Shown here one piece after another: positions 35,333-43,272 of a stretch of DNA of 47,672 bases. Under the pieces are notes generated by a model. The model did no database searches, was not told the origin of the DNA, and was given only the letters and a program-made list of their open reading frames with translations. The stretch's first letter is position 1; each line of letters begins with the position of its first letter. The position numbers and the translations under genes are program-made. The stretch is from Eubacteriales bacterium (GTDB lineage Bacteria > Bacillota > Clostridia > Oscillospirales > CAG-272): NCBI GenBank assembly GCA_045661185.1, contig JAZRFD010000017.1, positions 1 through 47,672 of the forward strand, written 5' to 3'.

Positions 35333-36016
35333 TTATCTCGCCAGAATGAGCTTGGTCAATTCAACGGGATCAACGATCTTGCCGTCCTTATAGACGCGCA
35401 TGTTGCCCGAAGCGATCTCGTCGATGAGGATCACCTCACCGTTGTTGTAGCCGAACTCGAACTTGATATCCCACAGGTCAAGGCCGATGGACTTCAGGTC
35501 GTCAGCTACGATCTTGGTAATAGCGAGCGTCTGCTTTTTCATGCTGTCAAACATCGCCATATCCATAACGCCAAGAGCTGCCAAACCCTCAGCGGTTACG
35601 AGCGGGTCGCCCTTTGCATCGTTCTTGAAGGTGCATTCAACGTATCCACCCTCCAGCGGGGTACCGTCAGCGATGTATTCGCCGTAGCGACGGATAAAGC
35701 TACCGGTTGCAACCAAGCGGCAGATGACCTCAAGACCGTGACCGAACACGGTTGCGGGAAGCACCTCCATGGTTACGTTGTCGATGTCAGCACCGACGTA
35801 ATGCGTCTTGATGCCTGCCTTTTTGCACAGCTCAAAGTAGTAGATAGAGGTGCGCAAATTTGCTTTGCCGATGCCCTCAATGGTCAGACCAACGGTGTTT
35901 TCACCCGGATCAAACACGCCGTCCTTGCCGGTACAGTCGTCCTTGAATTTGAGCATTACGTTGCCGTTGTCGAGCTGATAAACGTCCTTGGTTTTTCCTG
36001 TGTAGAGCTTTTTCAT
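35333..36016 (-). CDS. SAICAR synthetase (PurC) family protein, divergent and stand-alone
   Basis: 227 aa. [11 protein letters not shown]-terminal motif, LWDIKFEFG and [13 protein letters not shown] in the positions of PurC motifs. GGAG SD. Not in a pur operon. Confidence 0.65.
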   Translation of the reverse strand: MKKLYTGKTKDVYQLDNGNVMLKFKDDCTGKDGVFDPGENTVGLTIEGIGKANLRTSIYYFELCKKAGIKTHYVGADIDNVTMEVLPATVFGHGLEVICRLVATGSFIRRYGEYIADGTPLEGGYVECTFKNDAKGDPLVTAEGLAALGVMDMAMFDSMKKQTLAITKIVADDLKSIGLDLWDIKFEFGYNNGEVILIDEIASGNMRVYKDGKIVDPVELTKLILAR

Positions 36017-36075
36017 ACACTTGTACTCCTTTAAAAAATCAGAATTCGAGTGGAATTTCTGTAAATCACCCCTTT

Positions 36076-36104
36076 AGTATACGATAAAACGCGCCAAAAG
36101 TCAA
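36076..36104 (-). promoter_or_regulatory. near-consensus sigma-A promoter for the PurC-like gene
   Basis: Minus strand: TTGACT (36104-36099), 17 nt, TATACT (36081-36076). The leader is only ~50 nt, too short for a purine riboswitch. Confidence 0.55.
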
Positions 36105-36219
36105 TGGCAGGAATGAAAAAAATGTAAAGAACATGCGAAAAAATTTTGTGTATTTTTTCATTGCTCCGCCTTAAAGGGTACGCAGGAGGAAAAAATAATT
36201 GCCGTTTTGGAAAAATCGG

Positions 36220-36248
36220 TTGACTTTTCGCACTTTTTGCGCTATAAT
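36220..36248 (+). promoter_or_regulatory. consensus sigma-A promoter for the rpiR-flavoprotein pair
   Basis: TTGACT (36220-36225), exactly 17 nt, TATAAT (36243-36248). Confidence 0.6.
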
Positions 36249-36285
36249 AAAATGAATGTCGCAAACAGAAAGGAGAGGGAGAAAA

Positions 36286-37146
36286 ATGGGAGATCTGCTA
36301 AAGATTCTGCGCGATGGAATGCCGTCCTTTTCCAAAGGTCAGCGCCTCATTGCCGCATACGTTTCAGAGCATTACGAAAAGGCGGCGTACCTGACCGCGG
36401 CGCGGCTCGGCGCTCTTGTCGGCGTGTCGGAATCCACCGTTGTGCGCTTTGCAATCGAGCTGGGCTTTGACGGATATCCCGCGTTTCAGCAGGCGTTGCG
36501 TAAAATGATCCGCAGCCGCTTGACCTCCTTTCAGCGCGTAGAGGTTACCAACAACCTCATTGGCGAGAGTGACGTATTGGACAAGGTCTTGCTGTCTGAC
36601 GTTGAAAAAATCAAAAGCACGCTCGACGAGATCGACCGCCGCTCCTTTGAGGAGGCGATCGACGCGATCGTAAACGCGAAAAACATCTATATCATCGGTG
36701 TGCGCTCCTCGTCAGCCCTTGCGGGCTTTCTCAATCACAGCTTCCGTATGATCTTTGATAACGTCCGCTTCGTGCAGACCACCTCGGGTAGCGAGATGTT
36801 CGAGCAGATCATGCAGGTGGGGGAGGACGACGTGATGATCGCCATCAGCTTCCCGCGTTATTCTACGCGTATTATCAATGCCGTGGAGTATGCCAGAAGC
36901 CGAAATGCCGACGTCGTGGCTTTGACCGACAGTCAGCTTTCTCCCATCGCGCCTTACGCAAACCAGCTGCTGCTCGCGCATAGCGATATGGCCTCCTACG
37001 TGGATTCTTTGGTAGCCCCGTTAAGCATTATCAACGCCATGGTCGTAGCGGTGGCGCGCAAAAAGCAGGATGAGGTCAGCCGTCGCCTGCATGCGCTTGA
37101 GGACGTGTGGGACCGCTATGACGTGTATGAAAAAAAGGAGCATTGA
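36286..37146 (+). CDS. MurR/RpiR family transcriptional regulator (HTH_6 + SIS)
   Basis: ATG 36286 after AGGAGAGGGAG. SKGQRLIAAYV...VGVSESTVVRFAIELGFDGY HTH and SIS motif IYIIGVRSSSALAGFL. Confidence 0.85.
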   Translation: MGDLLKILRDGMPSFSKGQRLIAAYVSEHYEKAAYLTAARLGALVGVSESTVVRFAIELGFDGYPAFQQALRKMIRSRLTSFQRVEVTNNLIGESDVLDKVLLSDVEKIKSTLDEIDRRSFEEAIDAIVNAKNIYIIGVRSSSALAGFLNHSFRMIFDNVRFVQTTSGSEMFEQIMQVGEDDVMIAISFPRYSTRIINAVEYARSRNADVVALTDSQLSPIAPYANQLLLAHSDMASYVDSLVAPLSIINAMVVAVARKKQDEVSRRLHALEDVWDRYDVYEKKEH

Positions 37147-37149
37147 CCG

Positions 37150-38385
37150 ATGCGACGCGTAGGAATTATAGGCGGCGGAGCCGCCGGCATGATGGCGGCA
37201 ATCGCGGCGGCGGAGGCGGGCGCTGAAGTGACCCTCTTTGAACGCAACGACCGCATGGGTAAAAAGCTTCGCATTACGGGCAAGGGCAGATGTAACGTCA
37301 CAAACAACTGTGACCTGAATGAATTTTTGAGCAACGTTCCCACAAACGCGCGGTTTCTGTATGCCGCACTTTCTCGCTTTTCAACGGCGGACACCATGGC
37401 GTTTTTTGAAAACGCGGGCGTGCCGCTCAAAACCGAACGCGGTAAGCGTGTTTTTCCGCAATCGGATAAGGCGGGGGATATTGTTGCCGCTATGGACAAA
37501 AAATGCCGCGCACTTGGTGTGGCGGTCGTGCACCGACGGGTGGACGGTCTTTTGATCGAAAACGGACAAGCCGTTGGCGTGCAGCACGGAGCTGCCGAGG
37601 AGCGCTTTGACGCCGTGATCGTTTGCACGGGCGGCAGATCCTATCCCGTGACGGGCTCGGACGGAGACGGTTATCGCATGGCGCAAAAGGCGGGGCACAC
37701 CGTCACGCCGCTGCATCCCTCACTCGTGCCCATTGTGGCACAGGGGAAGCTGTGCGCCACGATGCAAGGATTGTCACTCAAAAACGTCGCTCTGCGTGTA
37801 AAGCTCGCGACAAACGGGAAAACTGTATACGAGGATTTCGGTGAAATGCTCTTTACGCATTATGGGATCACGGGACCCTTGGTGCTCTCGGCCTCGGCAC
37901 ATTTGTCAGATATTGCACCGGGAAAATACGAGGCGTATATTGATCTGAAGCCGGCGCTGGACGAAAAAACGCTTGACGCGCGACTGCGTTCGGATTTTGC
38001 GAAATATCAGAACCGCGACCTCATTAACGCGCTGAACGACCTTTTGCCGCAAAAAATGATCGAGCCCTTCATTCGGCTTTGCGAGATCGACCCGCGCAAA
38101 AAGATCAATTCGATCACGCGCGAGGAGCGCGAGCGGATGGTGAAAACGCTGAAGGGAATGCGGATCCCGCTGTCGGGCTTCCGCCCGATCGACGAGGCGA
38201 TCATCACGCGCGGCGGTGTCAGCGTCAAGGAGGTCGATCCCAAAACGATGGAGTCCAAGATCGTCGAGGGCTTGTATTTTGCGGGTGAGATCCTCGACGT
38301 GGATGCCTATACGGGCGGATTCAATCTGCAGATCGCCTTTTCCACCGCCGTGGCGGCAGGGCAGGCGGCAGCAGAGGAATGGTAA
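37150..38385 (+). CDS. NAD(P)/FAD-dependent oxidoreductase, HI0933/BaiN-like flavoprotein
   Basis: 411 aa. VGIIGGGAAGMMAA dinucleotide fold, GKGRCNVTN, C-terminal GEILDVDAYTGGFNLQIAFSTAVAAG, typical of this family. Confidence 0.8.
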   Translation: MRRVGIIGGGAAGMMAAIAAAEAGAEVTLFERNDRMGKKLRITGKGRCNVTNNCDLNEFLSNVPTNARFLYAALSRFSTADTMAFFENAGVPLKTERGKRVFPQSDKAGDIVAAMDKKCRALGVAVVHRRVDGLLIENGQAVGVQHGAAEERFDAVIVCTGGRSYPVTGSDGDGYRMAQKAGHTVTPLHPSLVPIVAQGKLCATMQGLSLKNVALRVKLATNGKTVYEDFGEMLFTHYGITGPLVLSASAHLSDIAPGKYEAYIDLKPALDEKTLDARLRSDFAKYQNRDLINALNDLLPQKMIEPFIRLCEIDPRKKINSITREERERMVKTLKGMRIPLSGFRPIDEAIITRGGVSVKEVDPKTMESKIVEGLYFAGEILDVDAYTGGFNLQIAFSTAVAAGQAAAEEW

Positions 38386-38396
38386 TGAATCAAGAT

Positions 38397-38544
38397 GTTC
38401 TTTTTCTTTTGACCGTGTAGGCGCAAAAGAAAAAAGAACCAAAAAAAGCGCCGTAAGGGGAATTTCGCCCTCTGCGAAGGGCGAGAAGGGCTACGCGCCC
38501 TTCACCGCGCGAGCTTTTGAAAAAGCTCGACCAAAACTTTCACC
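38397..38544 (-). repeat. T/A-rich hairpin plus partial copy (R4) of one terminus of the composite repeat
   Basis: Hairpin GTTCTTTTTTCTTTTG / CAAAAGAAAAAAGAAC (38397-38439). TCGCCCT-CTGCGA-AGGGCGA (38465-38484). AAGGGC/GCCCTT (38486-38502). CGAGCTTT-TGAA-AAAGCTCG (38510-38529) followed by AACTTTCACC (38535-38544), the same order as the left end of copy B. Confidence 0.5.
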
Positions 38545-38566
38545 AAAAATGAGTGAGGATAGATTT

Positions 38567-39241
38567 ATGATTCAAATTGCAATTGACGGGCCCAGCGGAG
38601 CCGGAAAATCCACCGTCGCAAAGGCGGTTGCCAAGAAGCTCGGTATCGTGTACGTGGATACGGGCGCGCTTTACCGCACGATCGGCTATTACGTGCGTTC
38701 GCGAGAGGTCGATCCCAAGGACGCACTTCGTGTGGAAGCGCTGCTCCCCGAGATCAAGGTCGAGCTGAAATATGAAAACGGAGCGCAGGTCGTGCTTCTC
38801 AACGGAGAAAACCTCGGAGATCGCATCCGCACGCCCGAAATGTCGCTTTATGCGTCTGCCGTGTCGGCGATCCCCGCCGTTCGCGCCTTTTTGTTGGAGA
38901 CTCAGCGCGAGATCGCGCGCACCAACAGCGTGATCATGGACGGGCGCGATATTGGCACGGTGATCCTGCCGAATGCCGACGTTAAGATCTTTTTGACCGC
39001 GTCCGACGAGTGCCGCGCAACGCGTCGTCGCGACGAGCTTCTTGCAAAGGGAATCGAGACCACCTACGAGGAGGTTCTGGCAGACATGCAAACGCGTGAC
39101 GCCAACGACCGCAACCGTAGCGTAGCTCCCGCCGTAGCGGCTCCCGACGCGATCACGCTTGACAACTCCTGGTTCACGGTCGACGAGAGCTGCGATGCCG
39201 TGGTCGAGCTGGTCAAAAGGACAGTAGGGGAGAAGCTTTGA
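38567..39241 (+). CDS. cmk: cytidylate kinase
   Basis: ATG 38567 (GAGGAT 7 nt upstream) gives MIQIAIDGPSGAGKSTVAK (P-loop). The longer ORF-track frame from 38216 runs through the repeat and the upstream gene's 3' end. Confidence 0.9.
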   Translation: MIQIAIDGPSGAGKSTVAKAVAKKLGIVYVDTGALYRTIGYYVRSREVDPKDALRVEALLPEIKVELKYENGAQVVLLNGENLGDRIRTPEMSLYASAVSAIPAVRAFLLETQREIARTNSVIMDGRDIGTVILPNADVKIFLTASDECRATRRRDELLAKGIETTYEEVLADMQTRDANDRNRSVAPAVAAPDAITLDNSWFTVDESCDAVVELVKRTVGEKL

Positions 39242-41268
39242 TGAGAGAGGTCACAGTTGCAAAGCATGCAGGCTTTTGCTTTGGTGTCAAGCGCGCGACC
39301 GATCGGCTCGAGGAGGCGCTTGCAGGTGCCAAAAGCGGAGAGCGGATCTGTACGCTGGGGCACCTGATCCACAACGAGACCTATAACGAGTCCTTGCGCC
39401 GCCGCGGCGTGGAAACGGTTACGCTTGAGGACGTGGAGGGGCTTGCTCGTACGGCGTGCGAGGAAAGGCCCGTAACGGTTCTGGTGCGCGCGCATGGGTG
39501 TACCAGAGAAACGGCCGAAACGCTTGAGCGCGCGGCACAGTCAAACCCGTATTTTTCATGGATCGACTGTACCTGCCCGTTTGTCAAAAAGATCCATAAG
39601 ATCGCGGAGGAATGCGATCCCGAGGAATGCTTTTTTATCCTGATCGGAGCCGAGGCGCATCCCGAGGTCGTTGGGATCATGAGCTTTTTCGACGGTGAAA
39701 AATACGTTTTTGCAACCGCAGAGGAGTTGGAATCGGCACTTTCACAACAGGGCAGTGGCAAAATGCACAAAAAAACACCCGTGATGGCGGCTCAAACAAC
39801 CCAAAAATTGGGCAATTGGAACAAAAGCCAAAAAAATCTAAAAAAACTATATACAAATGCGAAAATTTTTGATACAATATGCAGTGTGACTGAAGAGCGG
39901 CAGACCGAGGCGGAGGCCCTTTCCAAGCAGTGCGATTTCATCATCGTCATCGGCGGCAGAGAGAGCTCGAACACCGCCAAGCTTTATGAAATTTGCCGCA
40001 CCTACTGCGCACAAGCCGTATGGATTGCATCGGCGGCGGAGCTTGACCCCGCGGCATGCGCCACGGCACAACACATTGGAATCGTCGCAGGTGCATCGAC
40101 ACCGAGCGGTGAAATACAGGAGGTATATAAAACCATGAGCGAAATGAAAGAAAATTTCGAAGAATTGCTCGAATCGCAATGCTTAACTTTAAATACAGGA
40201 GATGTCGTTACCGGAACAGTTACACATGTTTCCGACGCTGAGCTTCAGCTGGACGTTGGCGCAGGTGTGACCGGTTACATAAAAGCGGATCAGATTTCCA
40301 ACGATCCCACTTTTAAGTTGACCGAAAACTTCAAAAACGGTGATCAAGTGAAAGCCTTCGTCATTCGTGTCAGCGACATCGAGGGCGTTGCAGAGCTTTC
40401 CAAGAAGAGAGTTGATGCAGACGAGAACTGGCAGACGCTGGTTGACGCTTGCGAGAACAAGACCGTTCTCGAGGGCAAGGTCACCAAGGCTGTCAAGGGC
40501 GGCGTAGAGATTATCTACAACGCAAACCGTGTATTCGTTCCCGCATCCCAGTCCGGTGTTCCGAAGGACGGCGACCTCGCAGTTCTCGTTGACACCACCG
40601 TATCCTTTAAGGTCATTGAGATCAAGCCCGGCAAGAAGGCAATCGGCTCCATCCGCATCGTGCTCAACGAGGTACGCCGCGCACAGGTCGCAGATTTCTG
40701 GGCAGGCATCGAGATCGGCAAGACCTACCACGGTACCGTTAAGAGCCTGACTTCCTTCGGTGCATTCGTGGATCTGGGCGGCGTTGACGGTATGGTTCAC
40801 GTAACCGAGCTGTCCTGGAAGCACATCAAGAACCCCGCAGAGGTTGTTGCTGTAGGCGATGAGATCGACGTATTCGTAAAGAGCTTCGATCCCGAAAAGA
40901 AGAGAATTTCTCTGGGATACAAGACCGAGGCTTCCAACCCCTGGAACCTCTTCAAGTCCCAGTATGCGATCGGTGATATCGCATCCGTTAAGATCGTCAA
41001 CATGATGCCCTTCGGAGCATTCGCAGAGATCATTGACGGCGTAGACGGTCTGATCCACATTTCTCAGATCGCTATGAAGCGTATCGCGAAGCCCGCAGAG
41101 ATGCTGGAGATCGGTCAGGTCGTTGATGCACGCATCATTGATATTGACGACGAAAAGCAGAAGGTCAGCCTGTCTATCCGTTCGCTTCTGGAGGAAGCAG
41201 CAAGTGCCGCTGAGGCAATGCCCGAGGATTACGTGGCTGAGGAAGCTATAGCAGAGGATCAGCAGTAA
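39238..41268 (+). CDS. ispH: bifunctional 4-hydroxy-3-methylbut-2-enyl diphosphate reductase (IspH) / ribosomal protein S1 fusion
   Basis: 676 aa. The N-terminal half has IspH motifs (HAGFCFGVKRA, LGHLIHN, GASTP). The C-terminal half has four S1 repeats (e.g. GTVKSLTSFGAFVDLGGVDGMVHVTELSW). To my knowledge this fusion is common in Clostridia. Confidence 0.9.
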   Translation: MMREVTVAKHAGFCFGVKRATDRLEEALAGAKSGERICTLGHLIHNETYNESLRRRGVETVTLEDVEGLARTACEERPVTVLVRAHGCTRETAETLERAAQSNPYFSWIDCTCPFVKKIHKIAEECDPEECFFILIGAEAHPEVVGIMSFFDGEKYVFATAEELESALSQQGSGKMHKKTPVMAAQTTQKLGNWNKSQKNLKKLYTNAKIFDTICSVTEERQTEAEALSKQCDFIIVIGGRESSNTAKLYEICRTYCAQAVWIASAAELDPAACATAQHIGIVAGASTPSGEIQEVYKTMSEMKENFEELLESQCLTLNTGDVVTGTVTHVSDAELQLDVGAGVTGYIKADQISNDPTFKLTENFKNGDQVKAFVIRVSDIEGVAELSKKRVDADENWQTLVDACENKTVLEGKVTKAVKGGVEIIYNANRVFVPASQSGVPKDGDLAVLVDTTVSFKVIEIKPGKKAIGSIRIVLNEVRRAQVADFWAGIEIGKTYHGTVKSLTSFGAFVDLGGVDGMVHVTELSWKHIKNPAEVVAVGDEIDVFVKSFDPEKKRISLGYKTEASNPWNLFKSQYAIGDIASVKIVNMMPFGAFAEIIDGVDGLIHISQIAMKRIAKPAEMLEIGQVVDARIIDIDDEKQKVSLSIRSLLEEAASAAEAMPEDYVAEEAIAEDQQ

Positions 41269-41274
41269 AATGAT

Positions 41275-41304
41275 CGGGGAGGCTCGGTTGAGCCTCCCCG
41301 TTTT
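41275..41304 (+). terminator. intrinsic terminator after ispH::S1
   Basis: CGGGGAGGCTC-GGTT-GAGCCTCCCCG followed by TTTT. Confidence 0.8.
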
Positions 41305-41335
41305 GCCCCTTTAGAGATTTGATGGGAGATAGAAT

Positions 41336-43078
41336 ATGAGCACTTACGACTATATTGAGCGGATCAAGAGCCGCATGAGCGAGGAGGATCTTCGCTTTTA
41401 CGCGGATATTTTCGCGCCCGTTGAGGTGGCGCAGCCGGACGACGATGCGTGGCGAAACCTGTGCGTGATGCCCGATGGAGAGATCCGTTGCTACGGTGTG
41501 TACCAAAAGCAGAGTGTATTCCAAAAGAACGCACAAAGATGCTATCTTGCCTCGACGGACGGCGGGCTTTCATGGAAGCGCCATCTCGTCAAGGGCAGAT
41601 TTGCGCTCGGCGCGTCTACGTACGTTCCGTATCTGAACAAATACGTAGCCGTCAAGGATCTTGGCGCGGAGGGGACGTTTTTCCTCGTGGGTGACAGCCC
41701 CGACGACGAAAATCCTATGCGTATCATGGTTACGGAGGGCTCGATCGGTGAGGTTCGCATGATCTTTCCCTTGCGCAGCCGCAACCGCGTGATCATCGTG
41801 GCGCATGAAACGCGCCCGCAATTGCACCCCACGGCCTTTTTTGCGGTATTGTACATCGCGGACGACGATCTGCGCGATTGGCGCCGCGTTTCCCTTGAGG
41901 CGGTTCCGTTTTATAAGCCTGCCGAAGGAAAAACGGGTGTGCGCTGGCAGCAGAACAACCGCGAGAATACCATTGAGGAGCTTTCGGACGGACGGCTGAT
42001 GATGATCTCACGCACCGCGACCGACCATCATTATATCTGCTATTCCTCCGACGGGGGAGACACGTGGACGAAGGCCGAGCCCTCCGTATTTTACGGCACG
42101 GGCACGATGCCAAATCTGTTGCGCCTGTCCGACGGCAGAATCCTTTTCTGCTGGTGCAACACGCGTCTGCTGCCCGAGAGAGCGGATGCGGACGGCATCT
42201 GGGAGGACGTTTTTACCAACCGTGATGCGAATCACGCCGCGATCTCCGAGGATGATGGACAAACATGGATCGGCTGGCGTGAGATGGCGCTCAACCCGCT
42301 TCGCAACAGCATGGATTTTCGCTCTGTCTGGGGGCCCGAGCACGGCCGCGACAAAAGTGTGCATCAAGTTCAGGCTTTGGAGCTTCCCAACAACAAGGTG
42401 CTCGTGCATTACGGACAAAATCACTTGTCGCGCTTGATCATTTTCGACCTGAAATGGTTGTATGAAAAGAGCCGTAGCGAGGATTTCATTCATGGACTCG
42501 AAAACGTATCCTCGCAGGGGTACGTTGAGAGCGTGATGGGCTGCTATCGCGGTACACCCGAAGAGCCGCTTGCATATGTTGGACACTGCGCATATAACCG
42601 CGTGAACAGCGCGTTTATGGTACCCGATCCGATCCGCGACGGCTGTGAGGCGTTGCAGATCTGTCGTAACGACGATCCGAGATTGATCAGCGGCATCGGC
42701 GGTGCGGTGTGGAATTTCCCCGCATCGAAAAAGGGATGCGTCAGGGTCAAATTCTGCGTGATGGGGGAGGGGATTCGCGTCTCGCTTCTCGATCATTGGG
42801 TCAACCCGTGCGACGAGGAGATCAAGCAGATCGCAGACTTTACGGGTGTGATCACGTCCACCGTGCAAAAGTCCAAGGATGCGTACACCGAGCTTCGTCT
42901 GGAGTTTGATTGTGACGCGAATACCGTGGAGGTCTTTGCCGACACGCGCTTCCTTGCCAAGACCGTGATGAAGGGCAAGCATCCCGCAGGGCTTTCGTAT
43001 CTGCATATCCAATCCGCCGCGCAGGATTCCGATCTGAAGGGAACCTTGATCGCAGGTATGGAGTTTGAAGGCAAATAA
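41336..43078 (+). CDS. BNR/Asp-box repeat protein, exo-alpha-sialidase-like beta-propeller plus ~200-aa C-terminal domain, no signal peptide
   Basis: 580 aa. Asp-boxes STDGGLSW, SSDGGDTW, SEDDGQTW. The N-terminus MSTYDYIERIKSRMSEED is hydrophilic. Confidence 0.7.
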   Translation: MSTYDYIERIKSRMSEEDLRFYADIFAPVEVAQPDDDAWRNLCVMPDGEIRCYGVYQKQSVFQKNAQRCYLASTDGGLSWKRHLVKGRFALGASTYVPYLNKYVAVKDLGAEGTFFLVGDSPDDENPMRIMVTEGSIGEVRMIFPLRSRNRVIIVAHETRPQLHPTAFFAVLYIADDDLRDWRRVSLEAVPFYKPAEGKTGVRWQQNNRENTIEELSDGRLMMISRTATDHHYICYSSDGGDTWTKAEPSVFYGTGTMPNLLRLSDGRILFCWCNTRLLPERADADGIWEDVFTNRDANHAAISEDDGQTWIGWREMALNPLRNSMDFRSVWGPEHGRDKSVHQVQALELPNNKVLVHYGQNHLSRLIIFDLKWLYEKSRSEDFIHGLENVSSQGYVESVMGCYRGTPEEPLAYVGHCAYNRVNSAFMVPDPIRDGCEALQICRNDDPRLISGIGGAVWNFPASKKGCVRVKFCVMGEGIRVSLLDHWVNPCDEEIKQIADFTGVITSTVQKSKDAYTELRLEFDCDANTVEVFADTRFLAKTVMKGKHPAGLSYLHIQSAAQDSDLKGTLIAGMEFEGK

Positions 43079-43090
43079 ATGAAAAAAGAC

Positions 43091-43126
43091 GGAAGGGTAC
43101 TCGGGGTACCCTTTCTTCTTTTATTT
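43091..43126 (+). terminator. intrinsic terminator after the BNR gene
   Basis: GGAAGGGTAC-TCGGG-GTACCCTTTC followed by TTCTTTTATTT. Confidence 0.75.
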
Positions 43127-43148
43127 ACAGATCGTTCACAAAAAGATT

Positions 43149-43188
43149 TTGTCAACGATTGACAAATGATTGACTAATATGTTATAAT
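43149..43188 (+). promoter_or_regulatory. promoter with overlapping palindromic operator candidate for the decarboxylase cluster
   Basis: TTGACA (43159-43164), 18 nt, TATAAT (43183-43188), with TGt extended -10. A perfect palindrome TTGTCAA-CGA-TTGACAA (43149-43165) covers the -35, and a third GATTGAC half-site lies at 43168-43174. Confidence 0.55.
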
Positions 43189-43272
43189 TTTATTAAACTG
43201 GGGTAGGATGGTAATTTTTTAAAAATCACGGTTTTATCTCAAAAGAAATAACGAATCTGGAGGGTTGTCTTT

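Noticed and set aside
38216-38566. 117-codon N-terminal extension of the cmk ORF
   Set aside because: The extension overlaps the flavoprotein 3' end and reads through the repeat hairpins. ATG 38567 has an SD and yields the canonical MIQIAIDGPSGAGKST start.
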